From positions 9,298 to 62,412 of the forward strand of contig JACPGG010000024.1 in NCBI GenBank assembly GCA_016182545.1: a stretch of DNA of 53,115 nucleotides, in the 5' to 3' direction. Made by a program: the position numbers and the translations under genes. The notes beneath the pieces were generated by a model. That model saw nothing but the letters and a program-made list of their open reading frames with translations, had not been told where the DNA came from and ran no database searches. Positions 50,501 to 53,115 of the stretch are shown piece by piece. Numbering within the stretch: the first letter of the stretch is position 1; every line of letters begins with the position of its first letter. This stretch comes from Ignavibacteriales bacterium. Lineage in GTDB: Bacteria > Bacteroidota > Ignavibacteria > UBA10030 > UBA8401.

Positions 50501-50860
50501 GAAACTTACTTTATGTTCCGGTTCGTGCTGATAGAGTGTTGTAACGGGACCGTAGATATCTTCGGCGATATTTGCAATGACGCGCGCTGTCCGCTCCGCA
50601 CCGTTATGGAAATGGACGAAGAAATGTTTCGTCTCCAGCGTCTGCCAGTTCAGTTCACCGTGGTTGTAATGATTCTCTTCCTGCGCAAATAATGTGGATG
50701 CGAAAAAAAGAACAAGCACAGTTACAGAGAATAGTTTTTTTGCATCGCTCGATGCTGGATACTTGATACTGGCTATTGGTAACTGGTGACGAAGAACTAA
50801 TAACCAATTACAAATTACCGACCTCCGACTTCTGACTTCTGGCTTCTTGTTTCTATCCAC
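47588..50860 (-). CDS. Outer-membrane protein: zinc peptidase-like (HExxH) domain + TolB/PD40 beta-propeller + C-terminal Omp85-like barrel (start uncertain)
   Basis: VITHEFTH...WFAEG; repeated P..SPDG..I PD40 blades; C-terminal FYAGG..GMKGY and alternating beta strands ending YFGILFGFDF. Confidence 0.8.
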   Translation of the reverse strand: MDRNKKPEVRSRRSVICNWLLVLRHQLPIASIKYPASSDAKKLFSVTVLVLFFASTLFAQEENHYNHGELNWQTLETKHFFVHFHNGAERTARVIANIAEDIYGPVTTLYQHEPEHKVSFIIKDYDDYSNGAAYFYDNKIEIWAPALDFDLRGTHNWLRNVITHEFTHIVQIQTSMKFGRRFPGFYLQWLNYEEERRQDVLYGYPNTIVSYPLSGFVIPSWFAEGVAQYNRPELSYDFWDSHRDMILRSYVLDSNMLSWSEMSVFGKTSLGNESSYNAGFALTRYISEKYGRDAIPNIAKNLSRLNMVTIDQAIERSISKDGNALYNEWKDHITGDYKRRVAPILTQRVEGETIADVGFGNFYPTYSPDGTKIAYTSNKQADYFGVSSLYVYDITTKKEEEIIAGVRSSLAWSPDGKKIYYSKITHENPNGSQISDLYVVDLESKEETRLTFGLRAQNPSLSFDGSRLCFVVGSDGTTNVAVSDTLGKNVRQVTKYKSGEQVYLPKWSPYGKTITYGYSMNDGQDVALVDSESGRTWFVLDTEADERNPYYSADGLYIYFSTDVYGIFNIFRYNVQTKIAEQLTNVVGGAFMPSVNNAGDVVFSSYTSTGYKINILKKPELLDFTYARYQQPERIRRPELNADSTSTDKEQFNWLALRNYDDTKVFDGESRTYKNIFSSVSLIPFLRIDNYNTKNSGLDFLKPGLYFISSDMLEKFNMFGGAAINHILERDLFLIFEYRDRVLGFHHLGLHPTFSLELYNITRKSTARFGLGLDTVSTGTTLSLFEVDLFIKNHVISPSDILTIGLTYSKYSSGFDFFVLPGDASHPPVAASASSEDYFIGKNVSLQWKFDFIVPSRTREINPVGRTFSVRLDNEFNSFIRRAADGISDSLEITSTGVKLKLFPYNFQRLEVRYTEHIKLPAWKHTLSLTLRGGTIFGPQVPDFFDFYAGGLVGMKGYPFYSIGGNEIATLNVAYRYPIWENIDFRIFQLYFDRLYGEFHADIGNAWNGLPNIRDFKKDIGFELRLEAFSWYAYPTRIFFNGTYGLDKFSLTKGGATIQYGKEWRFYFGILFGFDFSNDITRMLRDPNGE
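50751..50848. repeat. Cluster of degenerate heptamer tandem repeats
   Basis: GATGCTG GATACTT GATACTG GCTATTG GTAACTG ... ACTAATA ACCAATT ACAAATT ... ACCTCCG ACTTCTG ACTTCTG GCTTCTT. Confidence 0.75.
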
Positions 50861-53115
50861 TATTTCACCACCGCAATTTTAATGATCTGGCTCTGTTCTC
50901 CGCCATTGCCGCTTGCCGTGATCTGCGCAAAATAAATTCCGCTCTGTATTTTCGAAACATCCCACTGCACTTCATTGTCCAAGCCAACGTAATTTGTTCC
51001 GTTCAATTCATCCACCAATTCTCCCGCCATATTGATGATCTTAATTTTTACTGTTGCCGATTTGCCGAGAAAGTAACGGATGTTAGTTTTATTGTCATAG
51101 ACAGGATTCGGCCAATTGTAGGCGAATGATTTGGGGAGAAGTTCGGAAGATTTTGCCGGAACGCTGGCATTTTTTGATACGACATTATTAGAGTGTCGAA
51201 ATCCACCCAGATAACCAGTCCACTGAAAATATACGTTTGTTGTATCAAATAAATTGCCTGTATCCCAAAAGTATATTGAAGAATCTGAGCTTGCCACCGC
51301 AAGAATATTTCGATTGAAAGATGGTGAGGAATAGATGCCAGAAGTCTGCAGCGGAAATCCGGAGATCATATCGCCCTTTTGGTCGGTTGCATATAAATGC
51401 CCGTTCGAACTTCCAAAAATAATAACGGGTTCTTTTGTTGTATTCAAATTCAATATTACTGGTCCGCCTATTACTTTACCGCCATCTACCGTACTAATAG
51501 GAAAATGATCAAGTATCACACCATTTGAAGTGTATGCAAATATTTTTGTCCCGATCCCAATTACCAAATCAACTTTACCGTCTTTATTGATATCACCAAG
51601 CGCATATGAATTGCTGACACCAGGAGCATGAATTACAATCCGGTCCGTATGGGTAATAAATCCAAATGTATTTTTCTGAGTTTTAATAAATGTGATTTTT
51701 TGATCATCCGTTAACACAATAATATTATCATCATATAATTCCGCTCCGCCGATGACATTGGATTCAAATGAATAGAGCGCTGGTTGATTAAGTAAGACCG
51801 ATCGTTGATTATATACATATAGATCACTGAGAGTCACAATTGGTAACGTCGTCGACATCAAACGATAAGTACTGTCTTTCAGGTTAAATACACTGCCATT
51901 CGATAATCCCAAATTTTTTTCAACATAATCCACATCTTGCATCACTGGTGTAGTGATTTTTGCTGGAAATTGCAATTTGGAAGCAACTATCGTATCAACC
52001 ACACCGTTTTGATTGACATCTCTAAAACTGAAGAAAAAAACTGTACTATCATGAATACCGTATAATGTTGGTAAGACGAATGTTCCAACAGAAGTAATAC
52101 CACCAAAAGAGACTGATGGTGCAAAATCACCACCGATAGAAGTTAAAAGAGCAGTGTTCTCGAAAAAAGGAGTGAAATTATTTTTGAGAATCAGAATAGA
52201 ATCACCGTGAGTAAATAGAATCTCAGGAAAGTAATCCGCATTAAGATCAAGTAAAAGTGGAGAATCCGTTTCACTCATTTTCAATACAGATCTTCGGATG
52301 GTCTTTAGTAATCGTATATTAGTTTCACCTACGTTCGCTTCAAATGTCATCCGCGGCGACGACGAGGAAAAATTCTTGAGCGTAATGTGCGACTTTGCAA
52401 ACGAATTGCTGAGTGAGTTTGGATTCGTTGTTTCTGAGAAGACATTCTTATAGACAGGTGAAATATTTCCCGAGAACCAATAATCGATCGGCGAGCCGTC
52501 TTCACTTCCCGAACCGGGGCTGACAAAATCGTACGTCTGCCCGATATCCTGCGAACCATCCGCTTCCTCCACATCAACTCCCCGTTTCAACGGATCGGCG
52601 TTGATGCTGTTCGATGCAAGATTCTTTTCGACGATGGTCTCATCAATATGCCATACAAGAATACCGCCGCGGTAATTGTTATTGTCATTGATCAAGCCGG
52701 GGAGGCTCCAGTCGAGCTCATCCACATCCAGCACCACGCCGTAGATCGAGTCGATATTCGAGTTGGAGTAAAAATTTTCGTCGCGGGTGAACGTCTTTGA
52801 AATGATCTGACCGTTCCATTTCATTGTTACTTTTTGACTGTCATTTTTTGCATCCCGCTGTCGGTTCTCAACGAGAAAATATTCTTTTGCACTGATCGGG
52901 ATCTTATAGATCGTATCATTGCCCGATTCGTACAAACTCACGGCAGGGAGACTGAGCGTTTTATTCCCGTACACCTCGATCGGCGTTGTCCATCCCATGA
53001 ATGATTTTTCCCATGCACTCGGTTCCGGCGGGCAGATGCCGGAAAAACTAAAAATTGATTGTCCGTCCATCAACCCAAATCGACCAATGGCTGTTCTTCC
53101 CGTTTCCGTATCGAA
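50860..53115 (-). CDS. Secreted M6 (immune inhibitor A)-like metalloprotease with FG-GAP repeats and a T9SS type A sorting domain (5' end outside the window)
   Basis: The frame is open to the window edge: FDTETGRTAIGRFGLMDG...PSAWEK..MGW, EYFLVENRQ, GILVWHID, VDVEEADG; GDINKDGKVDLV repeats; C-terminal YNWPNP...SGIYF......Q.IKIAVVK. Confidence 0.82.
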   Translation of the reverse strand, partial: FDTETGRTAIGRFGLMDGQSIFSFSGICPPEPSAWEKSFMGWTTPIEVYGNKTLSLPAVSLYESGNDTIYKIPISAKEYFLVENRQRDAKNDSQKVTMKWNGQIISKTFTRDENFYSNSNIDSIYGVVLDVDELDWSLPGLINDNNNYRGGILVWHIDETIVEKNLASNSINADPLKRGVDVEEADGSQDIGQTYDFVSPGSGSEDGSPIDYWFSGNISPVYKNVFSETTNPNSLSNSFAKSHITLKNFSSSSPRMTFEANVGETNIRLLKTIRRSVLKMSETDSPLLLDLNADYFPEILFTHGDSILILKNNFTPFFENTALLTSIGGDFAPSVSFGGITSVGTFVLPTLYGIHDSTVFFFSFRDVNQNGVVDTIVASKLQFPAKITTPVMQDVDYVEKNLGLSNGSVFNLKDSTYRLMSTTLPIVTLSDLYVYNQRSVLLNQPALYSFESNVIGGAELYDDNIIVLTDDQKITFIKTQKNTFGFITHTDRIVIHAPGVSNSYALGDINKDGKVDLVIGIGTKIFAYTSNGVILDHFPISTVDGGKVIGGPVILNLNTTKEPVIIFGSSNGHLYATDQKGDMISGFPLQTSGIYSSPSFNRNILAVASSDSSIYFWDTGNLFDTTNVYFQWTGYLGGFRHSNNVVSKNASVPAKSSELLPKSFAYNWPNPVYDNKTNIRYFLGKSATVKIKIINMAGELVDELNGTNYVGLDNEVQWDVSKIQSGIYFAQITASGNGGEQSQIIKIAVVK

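Noticed and set aside
50751-50848. Repeat clusters as a possible CRISPR array
   Set aside because: Units are 7 nt and degenerate with no unique spacers; no cas genes in the window.

Overview
A 53 kb chromosomal segment of mostly core genes. The gene content (futalosine menaquinone pathway, argCJBFRG, KorAB, a T9SS-type C-terminal sorting domain, GWxTD protein) suggests an Ignavibacteria/Chlorobi-Bacteroidota-like bacterium; this is inference. Left to right: partial dusB, icd, ubiA-ubiX-ubiD-(mqnE::mqnA fusion)-TIR-like gene-mqnC, PGM/PMM, ychF, an ArgR-boxed arginine operon, a RelE/ParE toxin-antitoxin pair, pirin, a heme-c sensor kinase-like gene, ccdA, korAB, nrnA-pepA-thioesterase-two thioredoxin-fold genes-beta-CASP hydrolase, GWxTD-pdxA-ftsE, nifU-mrp-PPIase-purC-aat, pfk, an oxidoreductase, a diheme cytochrome c, lptFG and a secreted/outer-membrane metalloprotease operon. 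I found no rRNA, tRNA, CRISPR array or transposase. Main points of interest: (1) a divergent CAP12/Pycsar-type TIR protein inside a futalosine operon that lacks mqnB; (2) a heme-c sensor kinase lacking the phospho-His and N-box Asn; (3) an MqnE-MqnA fusion; (4) several REP-like palindrome families and heptamer-repeat hairpins, including a duplicated argG 3' end; (5) three genes broken by short frameshifting deletions plus an A15 run, which may be assembly artefacts.
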